A stretch of 61,334 bases of DNA, counting the filler, from Chiloscyllium plagiosum (Eukaryota): NCBI RefSeq assembly GCF_004010195.1. It is 3 parts of one record of this genome, joined end to end, with 100 filler letters (N's around TTAATTAATTAA, not from the genome) between each part and the next. Parts side by side here need not be neighbours in the genome. Positions count along the whole stretch, not along the records: positions 26,079 to 39,868 come from NC_057717.1; positions 39,969 to 61,334 come from NC_057717.1; 1 more part is not named here. The stretch is one strand, 5' to 3'. Both the position numbers and the translations under genes were made by a program. Shown piece by piece: positions 34,232 to 44,499 of this stretch (position 1 is its first letter; every line of letters begins with the position of its first letter). The notes under the pieces are model-generated. The model saw nothing but the letters and a program-made list of their open reading frames with translations, made no database searches and was not told the origin of the DNA.

Positions 34232-34279
34232 AGGCACCGCTATGATGGGAGGCGATTTAACCAGCTAAGCCACGGCGCC
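34232..34279 (-). pseudogene. tRNA-Thr pseudogene with internal deletion of the anticodon and T arms
   Basis: Reverse strand GGCGCCGTGGCTTAGCTGGTTAAATCGCCT-cccatcat-AGCGGTGCCT; both ends nearly identical to vertebrate Thr(AGT). Confidence 0.75.
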
Positions 34280-34524
34280 ACGCTAAAAGCGAATTTCATC
34301 ATCGATGTGCCTTAACTTAACCACTTGATCACAGGAATTCGAAAATGTGTTTTCTGTATCAATACTGATCAGTATGAATTGCTATCAAACTGCATTTTTG
34401 CAAAAGCAAACATTTGATGGCGGAGCATACTCCACTAAAAAGGCATAGAAAAAATACAATATCTTCTTGCATTGGCTATAAATGATATGTTCAGTTGTTT
34501 AAACTGACAGAATAAAGAGGACGT

Positions 34525-34591
34525 GTTCATTCTGTTGGGGCCCATTACCCACGTTAATTCACACGCAGTTACCCTCAAACCAAGACGAACA
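34525..34591 (+). pseudogene. Possible tRNA-Val(CAC) remnant
   Basis: TTACCCACGTTAATTCACACGC...TCAAACCAAGACGAACA weakly matches Val. Confidence 0.3.
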
Positions 34592-34780
34592 GGCTCTTTG
34601 TGGTGAATTGACCAGCAGTTGTGTATGAGTCATTGCAAAAAGTGGGCAGTAGAGGCTGACCCATTATCATCGACACTGAGCCATGCACCACCACCCTCAC
34701 ATCCTACTTCATAACTCCCTGTCATCAGTGCCTTGACTTTTATGTCACTACCCTGCTCAACTTCTCAACTTATTCCCAAA

Positions 34781-34870
34781 TGATTGCAGGTATAGAATTT
34801 GAACCTGCAACTGTTAGAAATGCAGTTCTGGGACATAGATGTATTTCAATGTGATAAGATGTACTTTCAG
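34781..34870 (-). pseudogene. Possible highly decayed intron-containing tRNA-Arg(TCT)
   Basis: Plus-strand GAATTTGAACCTGCAAC..GAAATGC...TAGATGT..CAATG parallels the layout of 42453-42544. Confidence 0.3.
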
Positions 34871-35009
34871 TCCCTAATTACCCCGAAATGGAGGGCATCA
34901 GTTACTTTAGTCCACTCTTTACCCATTAGCATGAAGGTAGAGACATGAAACCGCTATAGATGGAGTTCCTGGTTGGGAACCAGTGACACTGAAGGAACTA
35001 GGCAAAACA

Positions 35010-35880
35010 GAGGATTGCAGGTGCGGGAAACTATAGTTTAAATTGGAGTGGTGTTGGAAAAGCACAGCATGTCAGGCAGCATCCGAGGAACAGGAACATA
35101 GACGTTTCGGGCAAAGGCCCTTCATCAGGAATAGAGGCAGGAAGCCTCCAGGGTGGAGAGAAATTTGGGGGTGATGAGGTCGGGGAGAAGGTAGCAAAGT
35201 GTACAGTAGATTAATGGGGGTGGGAATGGAGGTGATAGGTAGGTGAAGGGTGGAGCGGATAGTTGGGAAGGGAGATTGGCAGGTAGGACGTGGCCTGAGG
35301 GCAGTGTTGAGCTGGAAGGTTGAAACACCAATCAAACCCACCGAACCTTGGCCGAACATTTCCACTTCCCCTCCCACTCGGCCGAGGACTTGCAGATCCT
35401 GGGCCTCCTCCACCTCTGCACCCTCATCACCCGACGCCTCATATTCTGCCTCGGAAAACTTCAACTGCAAGGCATCAATGTGGACTTCACCAGTTTCCTT
35501 AATTCCCTCCCCTCACCTTACCCCAGTTCCAACCATCCAGCCCAGCACTATCCTCATGAACTGTCCGAACTACCAATCTCCCTTCCCACCTATCTGCTCC
35601 ATCCTCCACTCTGACCTATCACCACTCTCCCCACCCCCATTCATCAAATGTACACTTTTCATCCTTGCACAACCTCCTTTCTGACTTATTACTTCCATCC
35701 CTTAGCGCCGATCCACCTATTGGACTCGTTGCTGTCTTTTCCCCAGCCCCTCATCCATTTATCTCTCCATGCTGGAGCCTTCTTGCCTCTAGTTCTGAAG
35801 AAGGCCTTTTGCCCCAGAACGTCGACTTTCCTGCTTGTCGGATGCCGCCTGACCTGCTGTACGTTTCCAGCACCCTTCTA
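35010..35880. mobile_element. Penelope-like element with inverted terminal copy (minus 35010-35325, plus 35326-35880)
   Basis: AEHFHFPSHSAEDLQILGLLH...RLIFCLGKLQLQGINVDFTSF (GIY-YIG end); terminal motif at both ends in opposite orientation. Confidence 0.8.
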
Positions 35881-36092
35881 ATCAAGACATTGAAGGAACA
35901 CCGAGTAATTGGAACTCAGAAATGTGAGTTATTGAAGGGGGATTTGCCTTGGTACTTCTCCCGTGGATGTGCTGCTACTGTCCTTATAAATAAAATACAC
36001 AATCACTGGACTGATTCATTCACGATCCGTGTGCGTGTTCTGTGTCTAACGAGGAACGGGTTTTCATTCGGATGAAATGAAGTAAGTCTTCA

Positions 36093-36153
36093 TTTCCTGA
36101 CTGGGAATTGCATCCATGTCTGGGCGATGCAAACTTGGACACCTCCGCAGGGA
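36093..36153 (-). pseudogene. Degenerate tRNA-Glu-like pseudogene
   Basis: Plus-strand TTTCCTGACTGGGAATTGCATCC...CAGGGA vs reverse complement of Glu TTCCCTGACCGGGAATCGAACCC...CAGGGA. Confidence 0.4.
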
Positions 36154-36622
36154 TGCTCAGTCAGCTTGCGAGCTGACTTATACACACTCTTCTTCCTGTC
36201 TTCACATCATTAGCAGCTTTGGCAGCAATATTTCTCTCTCAAAGTTTACAAGTGTCGCTCATCTCGTCTGATTCTGCATCCCGAATTAGAAATGACCGGA
36301 GGTCTCTCGCTGGGTTTGTGCAGGATCTTGCTTGCAAGACACCATGACTCTTTTTCACTGGAGTTGATCATGAAATCGCGTCGTGGCTGTGAACAAAATG
36401 ATAGAAACTACCAGTAGAGAAGGAGGCGTCCCTGAAGCAGACAGCTGAGGAAAAATATGTATCTTTTGCCAGTGAAAGGCACTGCTTCACGAAGTGGAAG
36501 CTTCGAAGTGAAGCAGTGACAGTGATTATCTTCACTGCTTGTTCAAACCTTTGTCTTTCTGATTCCGTGAAAGTCATTTTACATTACATATTGACAAGCT
36601 GCCAGGTTTGCACGTATCATTT

Positions 36623-36695
36623 GGGCCAGTGGCGTAATATACCACGTCTCTGACTTTGGATCCAAGGCTTGTAATTCCGAGTCCTACCTGGCTCG
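36623..36695 (+). pseudogene. tRNA-Arg pseudogene (anticodon now TTG)
   Basis: 73 nt GGGCCAGTGGCGTAAT...TCTGACTTTGGATC...CGAGTCCTACCTGGCTCG; acceptor stem GGGCCAG/CTGGCTC intact. Confidence 0.75.
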
Positions 36696-37384
36696 AGGGC
36701 ACTGCCCACCTTTAACAGTGGTCGATGTTCACGCTCCCATGTGAGGTGCTGTAGGGATGATTTCTTTGTGTATTAGAATATAAAACTTGCATTTGTTCTA
36801 TAATCTATTTTAAATTCCAGCTCACCACAACGGAGAAATCTGTCACTCTCTGGGTATTTGCCTGCGTCTCCCTCTGTGCGTGAAAATGAGGATGAGTTCC
36901 TCAAAGGGGTTGCAATACGTTCTGACACTGTCAAACTTCTGTCCCATTGTTGTGCCATTTAATGTCACAAGACAAGCTCATTGATATTTGCTCTGGAGAC
37001 ATCAGAACACCCAACTTTGGGACAAAGCTGGAAACTGGGACTTCAACAGATGGCTCTCTGATGAGCTGCAATGCACAATGGGCAAGATGGCTTTTTTCCA
37101 CGCTGTAAATCTTCGAAGAAATGTTTAAAATAATCTGCCACAAAAATGTTCAGAAACTAAAAGAGAAATGGTGTTTTATTGAGACCAGATACTGCAGTGT
37201 CTATTTGCCTTGTCTTGTTATTTATTCGGATTCGGTAATCTAACCACTGCGGCCCGGATCCTATTCCCACTCATGGAATAGTTGTCCTGTTCTGCAAACA
37301 TATCGGCATACCCGTACTTCAGACCGATTTTCCAATGCCGGCTGTTCGTTGGTTTTGTCCAAAATGTTATTAAGTTTAACATAA

Positions 37385-39320
37385 GCTTTTTGAGTGGGAG
37401 AAGCAGCGGAGGTAAGGCGAACAAGGTAGGCTACAGTTAAGGTAAGGCAGATTTTTAGAATTACTTTCTGTAGTGGCCAGCGGTATTTTTCCTCCACGGT
37501 AGGAGTGGGAGCAGCGGCGGAAGGGACGCGGACCAGAGGGACTGCCAGGAAGGAAAGGAGTGAGTATAAGTACTTACCCTTCGACGCCAGCGACCATTTG
37601 AGTGGGAGTAGCAGAATAGGTAAGGTGAATCAGGCCGGCTACAGCTCAGGGAAGAGAGATTTTTAAAATTACTCACTGGTAGTGGCCAGCGGTGTTTTTC
37701 GTCCACAGTAGGAGTGGGAGCACCCGCGGAAGTGATGCAGACCAGAGGGGCTGCCAGGAAGGAAAGTGAGTGATCACATATTTATTAGCAAGGTGGCTAA
37801 ACCCGAGGCAGTACAACTGTAGTGTCTCCCACACGCCCTCCTTCTCTAACCAAGTTAATAAAATAAGGTTTATTTCTAAACTTACTTTATTGGATATAAG
37901 TTTATTGCTTGATTTTATAAAAATTGAATAAAGCTTTCTTGTTTAGTATTGTGTGGGCGTTCAGATAAGTGGGATATGGATGACAGGGCAGTTGCTTGCG
38001 CCTCCTGCTGAATTTGCACGTGAAAGACATGACACATGTCTCCGCTGGCTACATCTGCGGGAAGTGCACCCAAATCCAAATCCTTGAAAACCATGTAAGG
38101 GAATCGCAGCTGGACCTGGATGAACTGTGGATCATTCTGGAGGCTGAGGGGGTAATTGAGACGAGGTACCTGCAGGTGGTCACGCCTGAGGCTCAGGATA
38201 AGGATAGATGGGTTACAGTCAGGGGGAGGAAAGGGGACAGACAGACAATGCAGAGATCCCCTGTGGACATTCCCCTCTGCAATAGGTATATCGTTTTGGA
38301 TACTGCGGCGGGGGGGGGAGCGAGGATGGCCTACCAGAGGAAAGCCATAGTGATCAGTTCTCTGGCACTGAGCCTGACACTGTTGCCCCGAAGGGAAGGG
38401 GGCGAATAGAAAAGGACTAGTGGTAGGAGACTCGATTGTTAGGAGAATTGACAGAAGATTTTGTGGTCAGGTTTGGGTTTCCCAGAATATATGTTGTCTC
38501 CCTGGTGCCAGGGCCCGGGACCTCTCCGATCGCGTGTGTAAGATTCTGAAACGGGAGGGAGAAATCGTATTATATATTGGCATTGATAATATAGCCAGGA
38601 AAAGTATTGAGGATGTAAAAAGTGATTTCAAGGACTTAAGGTGGAAGCTGCAGAGGAGGACGAACAGAGTAGTGTTCTTGGGTTTTCTACCAGTTCCACG
38701 AGATAGCGAGGTGAGGAACAGGGTGCGGGCGCAGCTTAACTCGTGGCTGCGCAGCTGGTGTAGGGTGGAGGGTTTCAGATATGTAGATAATTGGGATGCC
38801 TTCTGGGGAAGGTGGGAACTGCACATGAAGGACGGGTGCACCTGAACTGGAAGGGGACAAATGTCCTGGGTGGAAGGTTCGCTCGAGTGGGTCAGGAGGG
38901 TTTAACCTAGTATAGCAGGGGGGCTGGGACCCTGACCCATATCCAGGAGGTGAGAGTTGATGAAGATGAGGCAATAGCAAGAGGTAGCGCAGCAAGAGGT
39001 GGGAAGGAATTTCCTGGGAAAGAACCAAGGGATCCGTTGAAGTGTGTTTGCTGGTTTATAGAGTCTGAGAAGGTAGGGGAAGCCCTAAATGAGTGTTTTG
39101 CTTCTGCCTTTACTAAAGAAAATGACCATGTAGTGAATGAAACCATTGAGGAGCAGGTAAGCATGCTAGAACGGATAGTTTGAGAAGGCTGATGTGTTTA
39201 AAATTTTGACCAACATTAAGATTTAAAAGTCGCTAGGGCCAGACCAAATTTGACCTCGGCTGCTTTGGGAAGCGAGAAATATGATTGCTTCGCCGTTTGC
39301 GAAGATCTTTGCATCCTCTC
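37385..39320 (+). mobile_element. CR1 LINE 5' part: 5' UTR with ~209-bp tandem monomers, decayed ORF1 (Zn finger/leucine zipper plus SGNH esterase), internally deleted ORF2
   Basis: YICGKCTQIQILENHVRESQLDLDELW; VVGDSIVRRIDRRFCG..CCLPGAR..YIGIDNI..DNWDAFWGRW; then LKCVC jumps to EALNECFASAFTKE. Confidence 0.85.
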
Positions 39321-39419
39321 AGCAAGAGTTATAGCTGGGGTCAGGGAAATTATGATGCCTGCTTTGGGAAGCGAGAAATATGATTGCTTCGCCGTTTGCG
39401 AAGATCTTTGCATCCTCTC

Positions 39420-39868
39420 AGCAAGAGTTATAGCTGGGGTCAGGGAAATTATGATGCGTTGAGGCATGACTTAGGATGCGTGGCTTGGAAAAGTAGACTC
39501 CAAGGCAAGAGTGTAAATGATATGTGGAGCTTGTTCAAGGAGCAACTATTGAGTGTCCTTGATAATTATGTACCTGTCAGGCAGGGAGGAAAGGGTCGTG
39601 CGAGGGAGCCGTGGTTTAATAAGGAATTGGAATCCCTTGTTAAATGGAAGAGGGCGGCCTATCTCAAGATGAGACGTGAAGGTTCAATTGGGGCGATTGA
39701 GAGTTATAGGGTAGCCAGGAAGGACCTGAAGAGAGAGCTAAGAGCAGCAAGGAGGGGACATGAAAGGTCCTTAGCCGGTAGGATTAGGGAAAACCCTAAA
39801 GCTTTCTATAGGTATGTTAGGAATAAAAGAATGACTAGGGTAGGAATAGGACCAGCCAAGGATAGTAG
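39420..39868 (+). mobile_element. Younger CR1 ORF2 fragment (EN-RT linker), open to the gap
   Basis: WGQGNYDALRHDL...EPWFNKELESLVK...LAGRIRENPKAFYRYVRNKR. Confidence 0.85.
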
Positions 39869-39968
39869 NNNNNNNNNNNNNNNNNNNNNNNNNNNNNNNN
39901 NNNNNNNNNNNNTTAATTAATTAANNNNNNNNNNNNNNNNNNNNNNNNNNNNNNNNNNNNNNNNNNNN
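39869..39968. other. Artificial contig-joining spacer (44N-TTAATTAATTAA-44N)
   Basis: Identical to 25979-26078. Confidence 0.95.
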
Positions 39969-40209
39969 ACCTATCCACTCCACCCTCTCCTCCCTGACCT
40001 ATCACCTTCATCTCCTCCCCCACTGACCTATTGTACTCTATGTTACTCTATTACCCCCCCCACCCCCCCCCCCCCTCTCCCNNNNNNNNNNNNNNNNNNN
40101 NNNNNNNGTCCTCGGATGCTGCCTGAATTGCTGTGCTCTTCCAACACCACTGATCCAGAATCTGGTTTCCAGCATCTGCAGTCATTGTTTTTACCTAGTT
40201 GATAGGAAA

Positions 40210-41190
40210 TGTTTCTCCTGGAGTTCAGAAACTAATGGTGTACCGGAAGGCTTTTCTTTGGTCCACTGTCGTTTGTCATTTTTATAAATATCCTGGATTA
40301 GGACATGGATTGATGGGTTACTAAATTTGCGTATGACACTATGCTCGATGGAGTTCTTAACAGTGCCAAATACCGCTACAGGTTACAGAGGGATACAGAT
40401 AATCTGCAGAGCTGAGCTCAGTTGTAGCAAATACTGATTAGTGTGGAAAAGTATGAGGTCATTCACTTTGGAAGGAGAAACAAGAATAAAGAATTCTGGG
40501 CTTAAAGTAATATTCTTTGAAGTTTAGATGAGCAAACAGATATCGATAATAATGTACATAAAACTCTGAAAGTTACCACACACGATGATAGATTGGTTTG
40601 GAAGGAGCACGGTGTGTTAGATTTATGGGAGAGTGATTAAGTTTCAGAGCCTTGAGGTCAAGTTGCACTCTAGAAATTCTCTGGTGTGGCCGCACTTGTG
40701 GAGTTGCGCACAGTTCTGGTTGCCACATCGTAGGACGATGTGATAGCATTGGAAAGGGTGCAAAGGAGATTTACGAGGATTCTGCCATGTAAGGAGGGAA
40801 CGTCTTATGAGGAAGGACTGAGAGACATGAGGCTGCTTTTGATCGAGGTAAGAACTTTGTGAAGTGATTTAATAGAGATATACAAGACGATCAGAGGTTT
40901 GCGTAAAGTGGACAATGAAGGACTTTTTCTTCAAATGCTGATGGTTGGCACAAGGGCACATGGCTCGAAATTGAGGTTGATAGATGCTGAGGTAGATTCT
41001 TTTCTCAGAGAGGAGTAAAGGTGCAGAACGCCTTGCCTTCAACAGTCATACGTTCGCCAACTTTCAGGGTTTTTAAATGATCAGGAGATAATCATTTGGG
41101 TGAAAATGGTAAAATGTCGGTAAACTGAAAACTCGATTTGTATTGCAGGAGACTGCAACATCAAGGGTCAAATACACTTTATTGCAGAGT
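40210..41190 (+). mobile_element. Heavily decayed CR1 RT and 3' region
   Basis: GVP..LGPLSFVIFIN..KFAYDT..; LERVQRRFTRIL remnants with many stops. Confidence 0.7.
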
Positions 41191-41258
41191 AATATTCGGT
41201 GATCAAACTGCTCTTCAGCCTGCTGTTGCAATTATCTCTGGTCACTATCAGTGAAATG

Positions 41259-41344
41259 AGCACCTAGCGAGCATCGATCTCGCACCTTCAGCAGCTCACA
41301 CACTTCTGATCTGCTATACAAGCATGGCACTGCGCCTCTGGAGC
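41259..41344 (-). pseudogene. Intron-containing tRNA-Ile(TAT) pseudogene (anticodon now TGT, D arm partly deleted)
   Basis: Reverse strand GCTCCAGAGGCGCA...CTTGTA[~20-nt intron]...TGCTGAAGGTGCGAGATCGATGCTCGCTAGGTGCT matches vertebrate Ile(TAT) layout. Confidence 0.65.
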
Positions 41345-42452
41345 TGCCATCAGAGGAGGTCTAACCTGATCTTACCACTGAATCCCTGAATCCAATTACT
41401 CATTCTTTTGCCGTGGATCTCAAATAAAACCCAGCTCATAGGAGGTTGTACTGATAATGGATCATGGATTATGGAGCATCAGGTTCAGGAAAAGGATATG
41501 GAAAAATGTGGTGAAAAATCGACATTACTGAATACCGTTTACCGTGGCATCCTACGTTGATCACAGGCAATTTTACGTCGCCACTGTACTGGGATTTTCC
41601 TTGCATCATTTTTAATTCGTTCGAGAATTCGATTCACTGACATTTCAATAAGTTCCTTTGGAACATTCATACGATACAATGACTCACATTTCATACAACT
41701 TCAGCAATCTTCACCATTACTACATCCAAGAGCACGTGGCATGATTTGTATAAATAGTAAATATAGAGTAATGCTATACAAGGGCAAATTGAATTTTAGT
41801 TTAATGAGCAAAGTCGCAAGAATCCAGAGTAAGATTCAAAATGTCAGAAATTCACGTTCATTCCCATGGCCAGAACTCCAGCCCAGTAAAGGGGAAATCT
41901 GTCCCTGACTCCCCAGAATCCACGCGGTCACTTGCTCCATTTGGTCCACTTGGAAGCCGATGTGAAGGAGCGTTTAGCCTGACAGAGCACTTGTGAGAAA
42001 TCTCCACTGTCTGATGTAAAGCTGCAATAGGAGCTGTCTAATCCAGCTGGGAGAGCAGCGAGGTAGAAGTGAGTCTTTAATAGCCCTTGGTGTAGATTCA
42101 CGTTTTACTCATTATGTGATTGTTTAAAAACCTGGGCCAGATACAGCACAGACAGAAAGGAACATGAGGAGGCCATTCTCCCCATCGGTCCTGCCCCGCC
42201 CCGCCATTCAATCTCATCATGGCTGACGCAGCACATTCGTGTCTTTTTTTCAGCCTATCCATATTATCGTGTTGCCTACAGGCTAAGAGATATTTATCAA
42301 GTTCTATCTTAAATAGATATCGAAATTGTTCGTTTATCAGAACAAAAACAATTTCCATTTAAATACAGTTCGGTTTCAGTAAGAATATTGCAGGTTTTGT
42401 AGATGAACAGCCGAGTCTGGTCTGATTATGTTTCAAACCATGAGCTAAACCT

Positions 42453-42544
42453 CGACGTTGACGGGATTTAAACCCGCAACCTTGAAATAGCAATACGCAT
42501 AATCACGTAGAAGTCCAACGCGCTATACATTGCGCCACAGACCC
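42453..42544 (-). pseudogene. Intron-containing tRNA-Arg(TCT), probably a pseudogene
   Basis: Reverse strand GGGTCTGTGGCGCAATGTATAGCGCGTTGGACTTCTA[19-nt intron, 42489-42507]ATTTCAAGGTTGCGGGTTTAAATCCCGTCAACGTCG; T loop TTCGAAT changed to TTTAAAT; acceptor stem mispairs. Confidence 0.85.
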
Positions 42545-44499
42545 ACAGCAGTCCTCCCCTTTAAGCACACAGAGTTGCTTTTGACTCGGGACTCCCGTCT
42601 CCCATCTGTCTTCGTCAAACTTTCCAGTACTTGATCCTTATCCAAGTGTGCACTGGCTCTTCAAGTTTTGGGCTTAATACTGCTGAAGTGTTCTGCTAAC
42701 ACTTCGCTTTTCAACACCTTCAGAAAGTGAATTTCAGATAAACATAAATGTCTTGGTGAAAGCATTCTTCCTAAATCTCCTGTAAATCCCTCGTCTCTTG
42801 TTTTCCACCTGTGTCTCTGGTTATTATCCTTTCCCATAACATGCTTATTCCTGTCATACATATTTATCCTCTTCATAATATGTGCATTTTAATCGTTTTC
42901 TCACACAGCCTCCTCTGTACAGAAATAAATAGCCCCAGCCTGGCTTGTCTACCTTCACAATGGGAATGGTCCAGCCTTTGTCATTCTTATCATCTTCTCT
43001 GAACACCTTCTCCTGCAATCAGACGCTTCCTGCAGTCTGGCGATTATAACGGAAAACAAGTCACTGAAGAAAAGCCAAAATATCTAAACAAAATCATTAG
43101 CTCTTGTACATCTATGTAGAGAAAGGAGATTTAATGTTTCGAGTGCAATGATGCATTTCCGGAACTAATGGGACGTGCGGGTGGTAAAGAATGTGGAAGA
43201 AGGTGGACAATTCTAAATTGATTGAACTCGATGTTGGGTCCAGAAGGCTGCATGGTCTGTCAGTAGAAAATGAGGTGGCGTTCTTCCAGCTTGTGCTATG
43301 CCATGAAGGAGCACTGCAGCAGACCAGAGACTGAAATGGTGGCTTGGGAACACAGTGTAATTTGAAGTGACAGGATACTGGAAGATCATGATAACTTTTG
43401 TTGGTTCCGGACAGAACATAGGTAATCTCAGCTTTGACACCAACTCTGTTTTTCTCCCGCCATTGTTGGAGCGATCACATGCTGAGGAGGAAACACAGTT
43501 GTCTGGACTGAAAGATATGTCTGAAATGTTACAAAGTAAGGAAAGATATCATAAACCAACAGGTTTTATAGCTTAGAACATAGAACGTTACACCCCTTCG
43601 GCCCTCGATCTTGCACCTTCTCTGATGTTAAAGAATGGTGCTGTATGGGCATTTGCAGGGATGCAAGGTGTACTGGACCAGGGGGTCGCGAGAGAAAATG
43701 TCCTGCATTGTGCGGGCAAGGTGTGGAATTCAGTGGCATTGGACACTGGTGAAAGTGAAATAGAATGTCAACCTTCCTCCGCTTCCTACTTCCAGTAAGC
43801 GTTTTAATCCGGAACAACAAGGGCACAGGTTAAAGCAATTCACATTTTCGGAGAGGTGTTAAAAATTGAAAAAAAAACCGACAAAACCTCAGATGGTTAG
43901 AATTAGTAGAATCCCTACAGTGCAGAAAACAACCGTTCGGCCATTGAATCTGCACTGCGCCGCCAAAGAGCTTCACACTCCCCTACCCTTCCTTCCCACC
44001 CCGCACGTATTAACCAACTACAAAAATAGAATTTACAAGAAATGCTCAGCCGATCTGGAAGGAAAGGCTGTCGGAACTAAATGACTTTTTACAGAGAGGG
44101 AAGTGTAGTTGGTTGGTGGAAGGCTACAGGGAATGAGGTACTTTACGACAGGATGGAGGAGTGCTGTAGAACTGGAAAAGGTTACAGTGATATCGTGCAC
44201 TGGAGATGCTGAACGAAGGTACACAGATTGCAGGTTGGCAAGTGCTCGTTGGTACAGACCGAGTGGGCTGTAGGTTCTGGACAAGATGACTGTCATAAGG
44301 AATTTTGTAGCATTTTGGGGCAGTGGCCATAACTCAAAGTCATTATGGAAAGACTGCAAAAGTGAAGTGCCAAATTTGGAGAAGTCCCATAATCATTAGA
44401 TTATCACTGTCATAAAGCATTATCAATATCACTGGTTAGGATCTGGAAAAATAGTCTGGAAGGAACTTCTTACAGTTGCGTTCATATTCGTAAAAAGGA

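Noticed and set aside
38420..38900. Host SGNH esterase gene
   Set aside because: It is CR1 ORF1, frameshifted and flanked by the other CR1 parts
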